Of a stretch of DNA of 64,000 nt, positions 1 through 28,369 are shown piece by piece; position 1 is the first letter of the stretch, and each line of letters starts with the position of its first letter. Location: NCBI GenBank assembly GCA_002633005.1, contig NMRA01000225.1:241297-305296 (forward strand), written 5' to 3'. The position numbers were made by a program, and so were the translations under genes. Under the pieces are notes generated by a model. It did not search any database, had not been told where the DNA came from, and was given only the letters and a program-made list of their open reading frames with translations. The DNA comes from Phoronis australis (taxonomy: Eukaryota; Animalia; Phoronida).

Positions 1-1339
1 TTCAGAGTATATACACTTCAGAGTATACACCTTTGCATGCTGTTTTGACAGATGTGGCTATCTGTAGTAACAAAAATATATTCATTTCCAATTTGCTCTA
101 TCTTAGCACATTCCCGAAACATAAACTTGAAATGTATATTTACCTCATTGGATAATTTGAAAAAATAGTAATTATGAAACAGTGAAACTTCAATTTGCAC
201 AATTCATTCACTCATTCACTTCCATTGACTTCAGATATCTCAGAACCTGGCTGTAAAATTAATTCCTCTGATGCTACCAAAATTAATATCTGATATGTTC
301 AAAACTAAGTTGCGACAGATATGCATCAAATAAATGTACAATCTGCTAAAAGATACTTCCCTTCATTCAATCGACGTTTCACTTATCAAGAACAAAAGAA
401 ATAGACAGATAGATCAATTTTGTTTTAATATTTTCTCAAGCGTTTGCACGAATATTGCTGACATCCCATAGGCGGGTTTAGGGGAGCCCTTTCCCCTTTG
501 CGATATGTTATAACCGACAGTGCGTTCAATATATTGATCTTATCTGATCTAAAACATGACTTCTGCACTAGCACTGACAACACATCATATCCCTATTCAT
601 TAAACCTCAGTATCTTCTTTGATCAATCGCTGAATGGGCAGTCTCACGTGTACGTTGCCAAAACCTTTTGTTCCTTTTAAAATTCCTCCTGGTTCAGGTT
701 CCGTCAAACTTGGAGTGTCTTTACAACACTTAGTTTGTTCGCTTCCAGTCCCTTATTTTTTACGTCACTTGCTCAACGACTGGCTTTTGTCATAAGAAAT
801 TCCATCTATCATCACCCTCTGTTAACTTCAATTCAGTGGAGCTCACTGCATGAGATTCAAATGAACACGCCTCAATATCTACCTCAAACAGTGTTGTTTT
901 GATTTAAGAAGCTGTCCCAAACTACCCTGTACTTTAACGTACATCCTATCGAGAAGGCTGGCAGTATTGAGGTCTCTTTCAAAATATTGAGTACATTGTG
1001 AGGTTTACCAAAGTACTTTCTACGTTGTTCTGATTCCATCTACTTTAATCAAAATCTTGTAAATAAGCGTACATGCCATTGACCTTTTCTTGCAGCGTCG
1101 GCTGGATGCGAGGATGTTCCTAACAAAATCATACTCGGGGCAGCCTTTGTTGTGATGGCGTTGATCTCCACCACCATTTAAAGCTTTGAAGTCATCAGAG
1201 ACAGGCTCTGTGCCAATTTTTTTAACATTCCAATTGTTTAATATTCCTGAACCCTCACAAAGGCAGAAGACAATTTACTCCGAAGTTAGACTGGTATTAT
1301 TTTTTTAAAATTCTAAGCAAAACGTTCAAGTTGCGTGAT

Positions 1340-1990
1340 GACTTGATAACCTAACGTGTTGTTCATGAACGGGGCTTTAATTTTTTACATGCGTGATGTA
1401 CAATGGTTACTTGATTGATGAACATGTTAATTAATTGTTATAAGAGCTTACTGAATTTTTCTTGTTGTTTATTTGGGCATTACAGCTGATTTACAGTCCC
1501 CAAAGGTCGAGAAGGCAGACAGTAAAGGGCTTTTATGTTGAAACAGTATCATTTTGTAGTGTTCAGCGAAATGCGCATTGTTTTGAGAACATTTATTTTC
1601 GTGAACGTTATTGTGTTTTTACGTATGTCATATCTTTTGCTTATATAATGTTTATTTATTACTTGTTTGATGAACGTGTTAACTGTTGAGATTTACTGTT
1701 ATGTGCATGTATTTATTTTGCTTGCTATTCATTTGGACATTCTTTCTGATTTACAGTATTACAGTACCATAGCCTTCCCAAAGGAAACAATAAAGTACTC
1801 CTTTGTCACTTTCTAGTCTTGTGGAAAATACAGTTGTTTTTGAAAACCTAACATTTGTTTTTAGTGGACTGGGTTTGTTTTTTACCTGCGTACTTTTTGT
1901 TGGAATGATGTTCAAATGTTACTTGTTTGATGAACATGTTAAATGTTATTACAATTTACTTCAAGTGTTTTGCTTGTTATTCCTCTAGTT
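1340..1990. repeat. Degenerate tandem repeat, ~250-260-bp period, ~2.5 copies
   Basis: TTACTTG(A/T)TTGATGAAC(A/G)TGTTAA recurs at ~1407, ~1659 and ~1919. Confidence 0.65.
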
Positions 1991-4900
1991 TTTCCGCTAA
2001 GTGTTGAAAATCATTTTTTTCCATTATGTTGGCTTCGCTTTAAATTTGTATTGTTAGAACTTTTGCTAGATGGTTTCTTGTAGTTTGCTGTTTATGCTGA
2101 TAATATTCCTTCAAGCGTTGCACCCACTGTTCTGTTAAACGTTGAAATAAAACTTTATGGAAACACCATTTTTCATTGTGGTTTTGCGAATCTCCATATT
2201 TCAAGAAGACATTCCGTATGACATGCGGATAATACATTGAACATGTAACGAAGGTACATACAACCAATGTTGAAGCCCTACAAGGAGACTTTGTTCTGAG
2301 TTCGCTCAAGTTCAGGCGGTGTATATATTCGCATAATGGCATCATAATTTTCTATAACTGGAAATTATTTCCGTTTTTTCAAAAATTGCCCAGTGTTCGA
2401 CTATATATGCCTGATTTTAAAAATCTCCGCCTATGATGTCTATGTTTTAGTTGACAAAAAAGCTTTTATGATCAACATATGTCCCGATTTATATATAATA
2501 GTTCGTGCGTCTCAAGCTCGTTACCAGATATGAAAAAGAGGCAGAAGTAGGCAATATAAGGTCATTTATTGTGACTAATACAATTACCCGTAATAGGTAG
2601 TGACTAAACATAAGTAAGGTAAAAAATATTAATCTCTGGTAAGATGGGCAATAGAAAAGCGCCGACTACGTGGAGGTACATGTAAGAGTGTTTAAAAATG
2701 CTTGCTGAGCAAATTTGTTGAAGCTCAACTTTCTTTTTGAGAAAACGTCACTGTAGGAAAAGCGTTCTACAACACGCACGGTCTCTCTGCGTGCAGCAAC
2801 CTGTCAATCGATTCAACGAGCAGCAACAATTAACGCTGTAGTTGTCAGCACATCTCACTGATCGAATGAAATCTTCCGCTAGTTTTCTCACAATGCAAAT
2901 CATTATGCTTGTCTACCTTCACTGCCGCGACAGTCAACTATCCATGGTATCGTTTCGAAGGGCTTTTTCCTAGCAATGTAACTTTGAGAGTTGACATTTT
3001 GCCGAAAACGCACGAAAGTATAACCATGCCAATTTCAGTGTTAAGAACGATGACATGGATAGATTTGATTCGACTCCTAGTATCTGAAAATGTATACTTT
3101 CAAGGGTAATTGACAATCACTAGCTGTTTAGGTAGGCCTATTAGAAGGCACCATGATTTTATTTAATCCTTGCATAGACAAGTGACTACACTGTGAGCAC
3201 CATCAAACCTTCTTTTATGCCCCTGCATACCACCACCGTAAATTCAATATCACAAAAATAAAATAGTGACTTCAACTGACAGCGTCTTAGCTCCACGGAC
3301 TTTAGTGTGGGGGCGAAAGAACGAACCCAACGACATTGGGGCATGTCCACCAATGTGAGAGCTTTTAATTGTTCAATCTCGTTGCATGTGGGTGCTTCTG
3401 CGATGTGAATAGAGCCACACCTTGGTCAGTTGCTGACTTGTCACATCCACCACACACGCAGCCCCATTGTATACCATAATCCACGGGAAACAAGCAGCAA
3501 TATCGGACGATGGTTTCTCGATTCTACGAAACTCAAGATCAAGATCTAACTAAAAGGATACCAAGCTCAGTTTTGGCATATTAACAGACACTGCCGACTT
3601 TCCCGTCCATTTCTCAGAAACGAAATAATTCTCTGTAACTATCAACAATCCTTAACAGTTTGGAAATAAATTGAGTACTCCGTACGAAGTCTGCTAAACG
3701 GGCAAGCGTGACCAACGCTTTTACTGTAGGCACAGACCACCCTTCTGAAACTGTACGATATGAGTTTTTAATGGCACCCCCACGCCAACCCAGTCGTTAG
3801 TTGTGTAACCCCCGCAGTTAACAACAGATGCATATGGTACCCCCCTTGGACACTACCTCCTCGGAAGGCGCTAGGAGGCACCTGACCCTTCCCGGCTACG
3901 CCAAAGAAGCAGTCTCTCGGTATGTTTGAAGTCCTGCCCGTTACGGGGGTGAAAGGGGGGTTGCAAAAAACAAATTTCTGGAGACTAAGATTTGTAGTAG
4001 TATAACTTTTATGACAGTGTGCATGGCTAACTGATTAAATGTTCAAAAACCATAACCTAGGAATCGTGAAAAAAATTTCTACGATTTTTAAAGAGCAAGT
4101 GTTGCTCATGAATCTTGACAAGCTACCACGGGAATTGAACCAAAATTCACGTTGAGGCGAGCGTCTAAAAATTTCCTGGGGAGGGCCTCCAAACCCTCCG
4201 TGGTATGCCCCTTCTCCTATACCTTCTCTGTACCCGTCACGTGCATACACGTTGTTTCTGCGTTCTTCCTTCTGGGAACTAAAGTTTCATATCTTAACTT
4301 CATGCCTAAAGATTCCACAACGTGTGAATAAAGTTAACTCAAAATGCGCGCATGAGTGTGTCTAGTCTTCATAGCGAGTTTTTATAGCCTAACATGTCAA
4401 GGTTATTAGTTTTCCTTCTGGTAACCTGCACAGGATTTGATTTACATGTGTGTGTTTCTACGGAAATCGACTTATTCAAAAATATAACCGATGGTTTTTA
4501 CTATTATGTGCTAATCAGTGAACTTGATACAGAATTAGAGTCGGGCAAATCTATCCTGCTATCCCAAACAGCAAAGTGCACTATTGATTTTTGCCAATCT
4601 GAAACAACTGTTTAAGGCATTAGTGTACATGTATGCTAAATTTTGACGCCATTCTGCTTTAGAATATAATACATTTTTGGTTTTCAACTTCATTTGTCCA
4701 CCCAGTGCCAGGGTCTGGGAAACCACACCAAAGTGTACCCCTTCAATGAATGACCCTACAAGTGAACTGTGCCCTAATAAAGTAAATTGTGACCTTATGC
4801 CTCATTTTCACTCTCAGAAATAGATAAAACTATAGTCGAAGATTCCGATACGATGTTAATTTACTCATTTCGAGGAAATGATCATGATAATTCTCTCCGG

Positions 4901-6068
4901 ATTTCGCAGCCTGTCACTTTTATACCCTCAGAAGAATGATTTTGGTAGTACATCAATTGCATCGTATTGAAGTTGAATTCATAAAAGATACCCCTTAAAA
5001 GTTATCCTAACCTAGTAAAGTGGCATTTCATGCGAAACTTTGTTGAAGCGTGGATATCCAAGTTTCTCTTGACCGCCTCCACATGGGGTGGAGTGAAATT
5101 GGAGACGACCAGCAGGGGGAGGGATTGTAGTGACGATAGGAAGCAATCAAAGTTTGGGAATTGACAAAATATTCTGTGCCCATCCACCTCAACAATTAAA
5201 ATGCCAACAACAGACCAAAGAGGGGGGAGCAAATGAAGCTATTGTCCGGGAATGGATTCCACTGGTGAGAGGGTGGTGTTCAGGTATGAAAACCATGTGG
5301 CTTACGTACCCCATTGGTTGGACCTTCCCATGGCAGTGTTAGAACTAGGAACAAACCTTTGAAGGGAAACGCTTGTGACGACATGTCTTTTCACTACTGC
5401 ATTCATATGGAGTACCTCATGGTTTAATGAAAAGAAGAGAGTACATGTTTGGTTGTGGTGGGTGACTGAAACTGCATGAAAACACTTGAGCCCATGTCTA
5501 CTAGTTTGATTGTGATGCTGTTGTCATAATTGGCCTTCACTTCTCTTCATTTTTGGGAAGATAGAGTAGTTTAATGAAGGTCTAATTTGTTTTGTTATCT
5601 GGATGTTCAGGGAGGCAGATATTTGACGGAAATGTTGAGATTTTAAGTGGTCAACTTGAAAGAGCCCTTAGGAACAATTGTGGGTGGGACTTTAAGTAAC
5701 GGTGACAAATTGGGATCCCTGATATGGGGAGAAAATGTGTCGATGTGAGACTGGTATCAGTTAGAGTGGGCAAATTGATGGAAATTTGACATAAGCCTGT
5801 GGACAAACAATGATTGGGAGGTGGAGTCAGTCTAGTAAATGTTGTCAAAGCCACTTGTGAATAGTATCCCTTGAAGTTTAGAGATCGAGAAAATATTTTA
5901 ATGACCTAATAGTTTACTGAAATGTTGAAGATCAATCTTCAGTGTGTCACTTGCAACTAGCAAGAAACGTCAGAACAGAATGACAGGTAACACCATTTCA
6001 TGACCCCAGGATCCCATATACTTCTTGTTGCGTGACTGTTTTCCACATTGATTAGTCACAAGTGTAGA

Positions 6069-6218
6069 TCATGAAGTCCTTTCTGGTTTTTCTGGCTTCT
6101 TAGTAAACGCTTGCCAGTAATCTAGGTCAGGTTCACTTTGGGGTGCAGCACAGTCTGTGAGTTCATTAAATGTGATCACTCTGAACAACAGAGGGCACTC
6201 CTTTGGATCATTCTGCTT
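6069..6218 (-). CDS. AASDHPPT: AASDHPPT last coding exon (KQNDP...DYWQAFTKKPEKPERTS*)
   Basis: TTTTCAG| acceptor, phase 0; C-terminus resembles the family YW..F..K.E.P pattern. Confidence 0.85.
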   Translation of the reverse strand, partial: KQNDPKECPLLFRVITFNELTDCAAPQSEPDLDYWQAFTKKPEKPERTS

Positions 6219-9200
6219 CTGAAAAGCGAAGTAATGAATTGCTATCAACAAACGTAATTAGGTGACAACATATATGATAAAACTGTGCCCCTATGTAATT
6301 GAGTGCAGCTAGTACTGTGAACAAATCAAAGCAACAGCTGTATTGACTTAGCTCGACTATACCATTCTGAGAAAGGAAACAAACAAAAGTCCTCAAAATT
6401 GGCCTGAGAAAGTATTGACTGATCTACGTGTGGCTGTGGAGTACTCCGGATATCAGATAAGATTTACAGTCATATGCTTTGCACAAAGAACTAGTGTTGG
6501 TATGTTATTAGATGAATAAAGAGTTCTAAGAAGTATAGCAGAAACTATTTGTAATGGGTAGTACTGCAAAAAATTGAAGGCACCCATGGCAATTTCTTCA
6601 GAACAATCAATGAGTTGATTTTTTTCATTTATCTTGCGAACCACATTTAGATGAGCATTTAATATCCGCATTAACTTTAAACTTTATGAAGCCTGTAGGA
6701 AGTCATCGTCTCTGTTGTTCACCCAACAGGTTTTTACCCAGAGTGCATCAAGATTACTATTGTAACTACTACTACTGCTACTACAGTATCGCATTCCACA
6801 CATTACATTTCCACACAAATTCGCATAACTTGCATATGGTGCACAGGTATGTACTACGAAAATTCGTCGCCTAATCAGTGAACAACATGGCTCATGTGTG
6901 AATTATATTTACCTATTTCCTAACAAAAATGAACGTTAACAATTTTAGTGCTTATTTACTACGACAGCCTTTGAAAAATGACATTTATCAAAATTGCTTT
7001 TTGCAAAACCAAGTCCATAATCTTACCTGATCTTTGTGATGGAAGGCTACCGTCACACAATGCAAAGAATCTAGCAGAGTCTCATGAAACTCCCAATCGC
7101 AATCCAAGTGCCCATCAACATACACCTGCGTGTCGGTAACTACTTCTCCAACTCTCAAAGTCTCTGTTTTCAGGTGAAAATCGATTCGTTTTAGCGTGAA
7201 TCCAATTCCTATGCCAAGTGTTTTGACATAACTCTCTTTCAAGCACTGAAACCAAATTGCCAAACTTGAGTTAAAATGGAAATATGTAATGGTCAAAACA
7301 CACGATAACTCCAACAGTGTTTGAAATTCAGGGATAAGTGTTTAATAAGTTTTGGTTCTGAGAGCGTTTCGGCAAGTATAACTTTCCACGTGCTCACTTT
7401 AGCTGAGGGGTGAATTATTCTACACATCAAATTGATTCTGAAAAATTTTGGAGGTATTCTTCAGAACCAAACATTGGATGTGCTCCTATGAAGGTAAAAT
7501 CTAGACCCATTCCAATAACTACAAATCACGAAAAAAGCCACCCATGACAATTCCAAAATTTTTGAAGTAGACGCCCGTTTCAGCACTCAAAAAGTGACCC
7601 ATTTCAATACCAGACACAAAAAGTGCCTCACTTCAAGACCTGACAGACCAAGAGCAACGCAGAGCCCTGATATGGGGTTATACTGATAATAAACTTCGCC
7701 TCATGTACAAGGGCACGAGAAATTATGCACAAGACAACATTTATTTTTATTTCTCCTCTAGGAGACTCTCACGTAATCTAGTAGCATTGACCTTGTACAT
7801 TGTATAGTGTTAACTACTACTGTGTGCAGTGTGTTCTATTGTGGACAGCGTAAGAGTTTTGAGTTGAATGTACACCTTTGGTAATCTCTGACGCCTGAAG
7901 TACTTGGCTTTGATCATATCAATAAATGTACATTTTAGCATGCTTATTTTTTTCTGTGTCGTGTCCATGGGACAATGTCCACATGCACTGTCGCCAGTTG
8001 ACAGAATTCAAATGCAGGAAAATGAATGACCACTGGAAAAACAACCAATAATGACATTTATTTTAAAGAAAAGCTGTGAATCCGTGAAAACCCATTTCGA
8101 TACCAAAATCAACAAAGACATCAAAACCCAACTCTGAAGTACGCTTTACCTGAGTACTACTTGCCGTAAAAGTGAGAATTACTCAAGATTTCCAGCATTT
8201 ATGGTTGAGTTCATTTCAGAGATCACCACAGAATGAGAAATTACTGTCGTGAGTATACTTTTAAGTCTCAAGCAATAAGAGGCAACAAATAAAGTGTGTT
8301 GGTTTCTGGCCTTGGTCTATAAGGTACAGTTTCCCTCACTTAGTTTTTTTTCAATGCCAGTCACTGTATCATTTCCCTAGAAGGAAGTCCGAGAGCATTT
8401 GAGCTCAGCATTTTGAAGGCTCCTGCCGGTGGCTTATTTGCGATAAATCAACACTGTGAAATGAGCTGTCATTAGATGGCAATTGCCTGCCACCAACTGT
8501 TTATATGAAACTGTTGGAGGGTGTAGAGGACTAAAAATTGACTACAAACTAAGGCAAGGGAATGCCAGACCCTTGTTCTTGCCCACACGATCTGGGAAAA
8601 TAAAGATTAAAAAAGACCTGCACATTTCAGTGGCACATATGCACCCACCTATTACAGTTGAGAATGCCCCAAGGTCCAAAGGAGTGACGGCAACTCAGAT
8701 GGGTATCTTACCATACCTGGTATCACCTCCGTTCTAGAGGAGGCAGTGTGGCCTAGTGGGATAAGTTTCCACTTCCTTTACTCGAGGTCGTGGGTTCGAG
8801 TCCCACTGGGACACACTGCTAGACCCTTGAGTCAGGTCTCTAGCTCCTCAGCTTAGTTTTGACTATATATTAATAACACATAAAAATGGTTCCAGGTGAC
8901 CAATGCAATGGGCTCATCCGAGCGATCTGTGCACGTCTGGCACAACGTGTTCTAGACAGCCAGCAGTTTTTTTTTTATTTTTATCATCTCTGTTGGATAT
9001 TTTAACCCTGTTAAGTATTACCTTCCTTGGGGGAGTATTAGGTTTTGCGGTGTAGGGAGTACTGGCTTGGCTGTATGTTGGAAGCAGCACTATTGTCCTG
9101 GGGAAGTTTTTTGACATTTGGTATTGTTTCAAGTACTCTTTTAAGAATACACAGATATTGCACTGGTCTGCATTTTAAAGTGTAGCATTACTGCCTGACT

Positions 9201-12200
9201 ATTGTGTGAAAACAAGCCCTCGGGTGATTTATAAATTTGCAGGAAATGTTACATCTGGATGATTAAGATATTCATTATCAAGATATTCATAGATTGATCA
9301 GTAAACCATACTTTACCCAATATCTATAGAAGTAAACCATACTTTACCCAATATCTATAGAAGTAAACCATACTTTACCCAATATCTATAGAAGTAAACC
9401 ATACTTTACCCAATATCTATAGAAGTAAACCATACTTTACCCAATATCTATAGAAGTAAACCATACTTTACCCAATATCTATAGAAGTAAACCATACTTT
9501 ACCCAATATCTATAGAAGTAAACCATACTTTACCCAATATCTATAGAAGTAAACCATACTTTACCCAATATCTATAGAAGTAAACCATACTTTACCCAAT
9601 ATCTATAGAAGTAAACCATACTTTACCCAATATCTATAGAAGTAAACCATACTTTACCCAATATCTATAGAAGTAAACCATACTTTACCCAATATCTATA
9701 GAAGTAAACCATACTTTACCCAATATCTATAGAAGTAAACCATACTTTACCCAATATCTATAGAAGTAAACCATACTTTACCCAATATCTATAGAAGTAA
9801 ACCATACTTTACCCAATATCTATAGAAGTAAACCATACTTTACCCAATATCTATAGAAGTAAACCATACTTTACCCAATATCTATAGAAGTAAACCATAC
9901 TTTACCCAATATCTATAGAAGTAAACCATACTTTACCCAATATCTATAGAAGTAAACCATACTTTACCCAATATCTATAGAAGTAAACCATACTTTACCC
10001 AATATCTATAGAAGTAAACCATACTTTACCCAATATCTATAGAAGTAAACCATACTTTACCCAATATCTATAGAAGTAAACCATACTTTACCCAATATCT
10101 ATAGAAGTAAACCATACTTTACCCAATATCTATAGAAGACGGCTAGTTTCTGCTCATCACTGTTCTGCGAAGTCATTGTTGCGTATTCTTGCTCAGTGAA
10201 TTCTTTCTTCATCATTTCTAAATACTCGTTCACAGTCTTGTTTAGGGTTGGGCCTGTTATTTGATAAAACATAGAATATTTCAACATAGCATTTTAAAGT
10301 ATCAATAAACCCCTGTTCAGTCCAAGAAGCTAACTTTTGATTTGCAATACTTTCCACCATATAAAATTGGTCCCAACTTATTCTTCACTCAAATGAGAAG
10401 CGACTTTTGCTCTTGCAAAGAACTGACAATTTGTTATTGCCTGAGCCCGTGCTTGATGAATAAAATGACACATTGTGGAACCTAGTCTCGAGCAATACCA
10501 AATTTTCAGATCTTTCGAAGATCTGGAATCAATACTAATTTGAGACCAATTTCATAATGGCAAGTGATCTTAATCAAACAAGGCTCGATTTGGCAACCTG
10601 CAGATTTTGTTTGGCAACCTGGCAAAAATCCCAAGTAGTGACGAAGTCGCCAATCAACGTATAACCGAAAGCCGAATGAGGGCAACATGACTGCCATAGC
10701 GACCAAATATTGCCCAACAGCAGCTTTTTTCTTCAGATTCCAAAGACGTTCACAAGACATTCTTTTTTAGCCTACAGTAAAAATACTTAAGTACAACATA
10801 TAAGTCAGTATTGATGCCGCCACCAGCATGACTCCCGGGTTCTCCTAATAGTGGACTTTTCATACTGGTGTTCTCTAGCTGAAAGCAAAGCAACTTTCAT
10901 TTGATCAAGATTCAGATTTGGTGGACCACAGAAATTCAAAATGGCTGTCAGTCATGCTACTTATTGCTCTGGTGAAACTCTTTCAAAGTCACAGAGTTGA
11001 AGAAATACTTGCAAGAACGTTGAATGACAGTTTCCAATTATTGGAAAGAGCAATTATGATTAGCAGAAAAGGTGTTAAAACGGAGTTTATACCAGTAGGC
11101 TGAAACCTCCCATCCGCATTACAAGAGATCTGCAGGTGGCGCTGAATGCCTGTCCACCGAAGACTTTATCACGGTCTGACGAGAAGGTAAATTTCAATAT
11201 GGTGCATCTATTTGGAAAATCAGCAATTTTGGCAACCAAAACTTGTATCAGGCAAAAGCAGTGATCTTCCATCCCATTTTTCTACCCACTTAATTTGACC
11301 TGACAGCCCGAAATTACAACAAAATGGTTCAATAGCGATCCAAATCTATACCAGAAAAATGTACATCATCTGAGCAGCATGTCCCCACTATCGGTAACGG
11401 CCCACAGTATATGATTACATGGTTATCTGTAATTCAATACCACGTCCAATAATATGAGTATATATCATGATGCACACAATCAGTTTCATACTCACGTGTC
11501 ATCTCAACTGGCATGACATCAACTCCAATCTGGTGACGCCCACTGGTGGCCAGAACAGCGTAGTCGCCTTGATGCGACAAGTTAAAACTAAAGGTTGCAC
11601 CGTGCGTGGCATTTTCCAGGAAAGGCTTTCCTTTATCTGTGCGAGCCATTTTTATTTGGTTATAAGGAATATTTAGAGCATCACTAATTCCTTTACGAAG
11701 AAGTAGTCTTCCAGCCTGAATTGAAGAACAAGAGCAGTCATTTAGGGTTATGTACACAAATCTACAAAAAACTATAGGACTGGTTTTAATTCACAAAGAG
11801 TATCATGTTTTCTGAAAGAACAAAGCCTGCAGAACTTAATTATTAATGTAATTTGGTCATGTGGCCATGTCTTTCTAGTGACATTTAGCAAAATGTACAT
11901 TCTAAACAAAACAAGAGTATCAATGACACAACCAAATTATATTTGATACAATTGTTCAAGACAAAATCTCAAAAATGAAGTTACAGTTTTCTAAATTATT
12001 CTGTTTTCGTTTTAGCACCCAATTTCCAAGTTTTTTCCCAATTTTGATCGTCCCTCGTTCAAAAGTGGAAATTTTAAAAACATTTCTGTCACGCATTTTG
12101 TAAAGAAAAGTTCATCAAGTACAGTGTCTGAAAATTTCATATGAAGCAGATTAGCCATTTCCAAGACATGATGGTATTTGGATATTTTTCCAGACTTCTA

Positions 12201-12856
12201 CATGGCAGGATAAGAGTTTGCTTCCTTTACACAAGGTCATGAGTTTGAGTCCCACTGGGGCACACAGCTAGACACTTTAGTCAGGTCTCTAGCTGCTCAG
12301 CTCGGTTTTAAAGCATAAAAATGGTTGAGTGTGGTCAGTGAAATGAGTCCACAGGAGTGGTCTGAGCACATCTGGTAGAACGTGTACCAAATCGCCTGCA
12401 ATATTTTTTTAAATTTTAAACGAAACTTCAAAGTCAACTACTGACATAAATCATGCAAATAAAAATTAATAAGAATTAAAAGAAAATACATAAAAAATTC
12501 AATTTGTCCATGTAGGTATCATATCTACTGGTGCCTCGACTCTGCGTTATCTACTTGGGAAAACTTCAGGGATATACCAAGTTGCGATTCATGAAAAAAT
12601 GTCGTCGAAATCAACAATTTTACACAGGTGAAATACGAAAAAAAATTCCCCTGGCCTTGACCCCCCACATGTCGTGAAACTTCGAGTGGAAGAGAGGCCC
12701 CCTTGGAAAACGTACCATAGCAGACTTGGCGTCCCTTTTAAACACAAATCTTGCAATCCTTTTCTTTTCCTCTGGTTGAATACACTGCGCAGCAAACATC
12801 CACTCCTTCTGCGTGGGTTTCCAAGAAGTGAACTTGAACGCTAGCCGCATCTCCAT
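6069..12856 (-). CDS. AASDHPPT: L-aminoadipate-semialdehyde dehydrogenase-phosphopantetheinyl transferase (Sfp-type PPTase), 5 coding exons, ~286 aa
   Basis: Exons 12716-12856, 11496-11715, 10123-10253, 7027-7245 and 6069-6218 all have GT-AG boundaries with matching phases. Motifs: RIARFVFKRDAKSAMAGRLL, RTDKGKP, FNLSHQGDY, IGVDVM, FYRYWCLKESYVK. Confidence 0.95.
7027..7245 (-). CDS. AASDHPPT: AASDHPPT coding exon 4 (CLKESYVK...HHKDQ)
   Basis: TTTCAG| acceptor; CAG|GTAAGA donor; completes the W-x-x-K-E motif. Confidence 0.93.
8740..8980 (+). mobile_element. tRNA-derived SINE, copy 1 (best preserved)
   Basis: A box TGGCCTAGTGG (8749-8759), B box GGTTCGAGTCC (8793-8803), T-rich tail. Body shared with the copies at ~12200 and ~23446. 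Confidence 0.8.
9300..10136. repeat. Perfect minisatellite, 27 x 31 bp (AGTAAACCATACTTTACCCAATATCTATAGA)
   Basis: Read directly. Period 31 (9300+26x31=10106 is the start of the last unit). Overlaps the end of AASDHPPT exon 3. Confidence 0.97.
10123..10253 (-). CDS. AASDHPPT: AASDHPPT coding exon 3 (PTLNKTV...VFYRYW)
   Basis: ACAG| acceptor; TGG|GTAAAG donor, phase 0. Confidence 0.9.
11496..11715 (-). CDS. AASDHPPT: AASDHPPT coding exon 2 (AGRLLL...GVDVMPVEMT)
   Basis: TTCAG| acceptor; C|GTGAGT donor, phase 1. Confidence 0.93.
12200..12412 (+). mobile_element. tRNA-derived SINE, copy 2
   Basis: GAGTTTGAGTCCCACTGGGGCACAC...AGTCAGGTCTCTAGCT...CATAAAAATGGTT, shared with copy 1. Confidence 0.75.
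12716..12856 (-). CDS. AASDHPPT: AASDHPPT coding exon 1 (MEMRLAF...DAKSAM)
   Basis: ATG at 12856; donor ATG|GTACG. An upstream acceptor at 12875 suggests a 5'UTR exon. Confidence 0.88.
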
Positions 12857-14094
12857 TCCTCTCAGTGGTACGCGCTGTAATAACAATGAAGGAGGATAGG
12901 TGTCAGCACTAGTAGCATCCTACCAAGTGACATATAATCTAGAAATGAAACCAATTGGCCTACTATGAACACTCCTTTGCAGCACTACTATACTACATTA
13001 TTATTGATATTCAATGTCACGTTTGAAGCTGTTTAAAATTCTTGCACTAAAAATTGGTCTTAACTTTTTCTTCTTGGCTTACCTAAATGAGTACTGAGTT
13101 CAGGGTTTTTTGTAACTGAGGAACCAATCTCAAACTGAATGAAGTGTCAGTTGTTTCGAAATCCTGAAATAGTCTCCCATTCAACTAAGGAACAATTTGA
13201 TATATTTATTCCATAACATTAAGAAAGCTAAATCAAAAGTTGGTTCCTGTGACAGAAGATGTGTATAGTCACTTCAAACTAACAAGCTATTGCTGTGATA
13301 AAGTGCCTCTTATCAGCTTCAGCATGCATTTTTGTAGACCTGCTCTGGACATGATCCTTGACCTTCACCGAAATGACATGTGCCTATAACTGCTCATCCT
13401 GTCAAAAAGAAATGGGACCACCACCCAAAACTTGAGGTAAAGAACCCCAAACTGACTTACGTCGCTATTGAAGAATATTAGTTTCGACCGATAGGCCTCA
13501 GCTCTGAGCTATTTTGCAGGGCACTCAGAGTTCAACAACCAGCTGCAGTTCTTTCAACACAAATTATGGATACCTGGCAGCACATGAAGGCCAATTCAGT
13601 GAATTGATAATAATTGCTCCTGCCATTACATGTCGTAAATAGATGCCAATCAAAATTGTGAATCGTAATATATGAGGGTACCCTTGTGGTGGGTCCGTAA
13701 TGTGTATAACTCTGCGCAAATCTCTCAGGAACATGGAGGTGATAATTCAGGGTGATTTCAGACTTACATTGCTTTACCGGGCCCGCCGCCGAGAGTCCGA
13801 CAATACTAGTAACGCCCCGAGACGAGGGGAACAGTCGAGTGCTATGGCATACACAATGAGCCGCGAAAGCCTGGGCTTGGATAAGATTAGTTCACTCCTT
13901 AGAAACACAGTTGATCAACATAGTGTCAACAATCTCACACATCTGGGTCACCTGTAATGTTAAATGATCATGATCACTTTGCACCTGCCGGCATTTCCTT
14001 CTTCCTTGTTTCTCGATGACTGGTCATACACGACATATGTCTGCGGAACACCAACATGCTCTCTAAAAGTGGAGTTACATATGATGAAATCAAC
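12857..14094. promoter_or_regulatory. Putative shared bidirectional promoter region for AASDHPPT and ALG8
   Basis: Divergent start codons 1.24 kb apart; YY1-like AACATGGCG overlaps the ALG8 ATG; locally CpG-richer near 13770-13870. Confidence 0.5.

Positions 14095-28369
<14,275 letters not shown>

Noticed and set aside
5000-5900. Penelope-like retroelement remnant (- strand NSITIKLVDMGSSVF resembles IKPADKG)
   Set aside because: Only one weak motif and no RT core visible; needs a tBLASTn or HMM search to support.
8740-8812. tRNA gene
   Set aside because: A and B boxes are present but there is no convincing cloverleaf, and the sequence continues into a dispersed SINE body. The tRNA-like fragment near 16465-16522 is rejected for the same lack of structure.
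9300-10136. CRISPR-like array
   Set aside because: The units are contiguous and identical with no unique spacers; the context is a eukaryotic intron and there are no cas genes.
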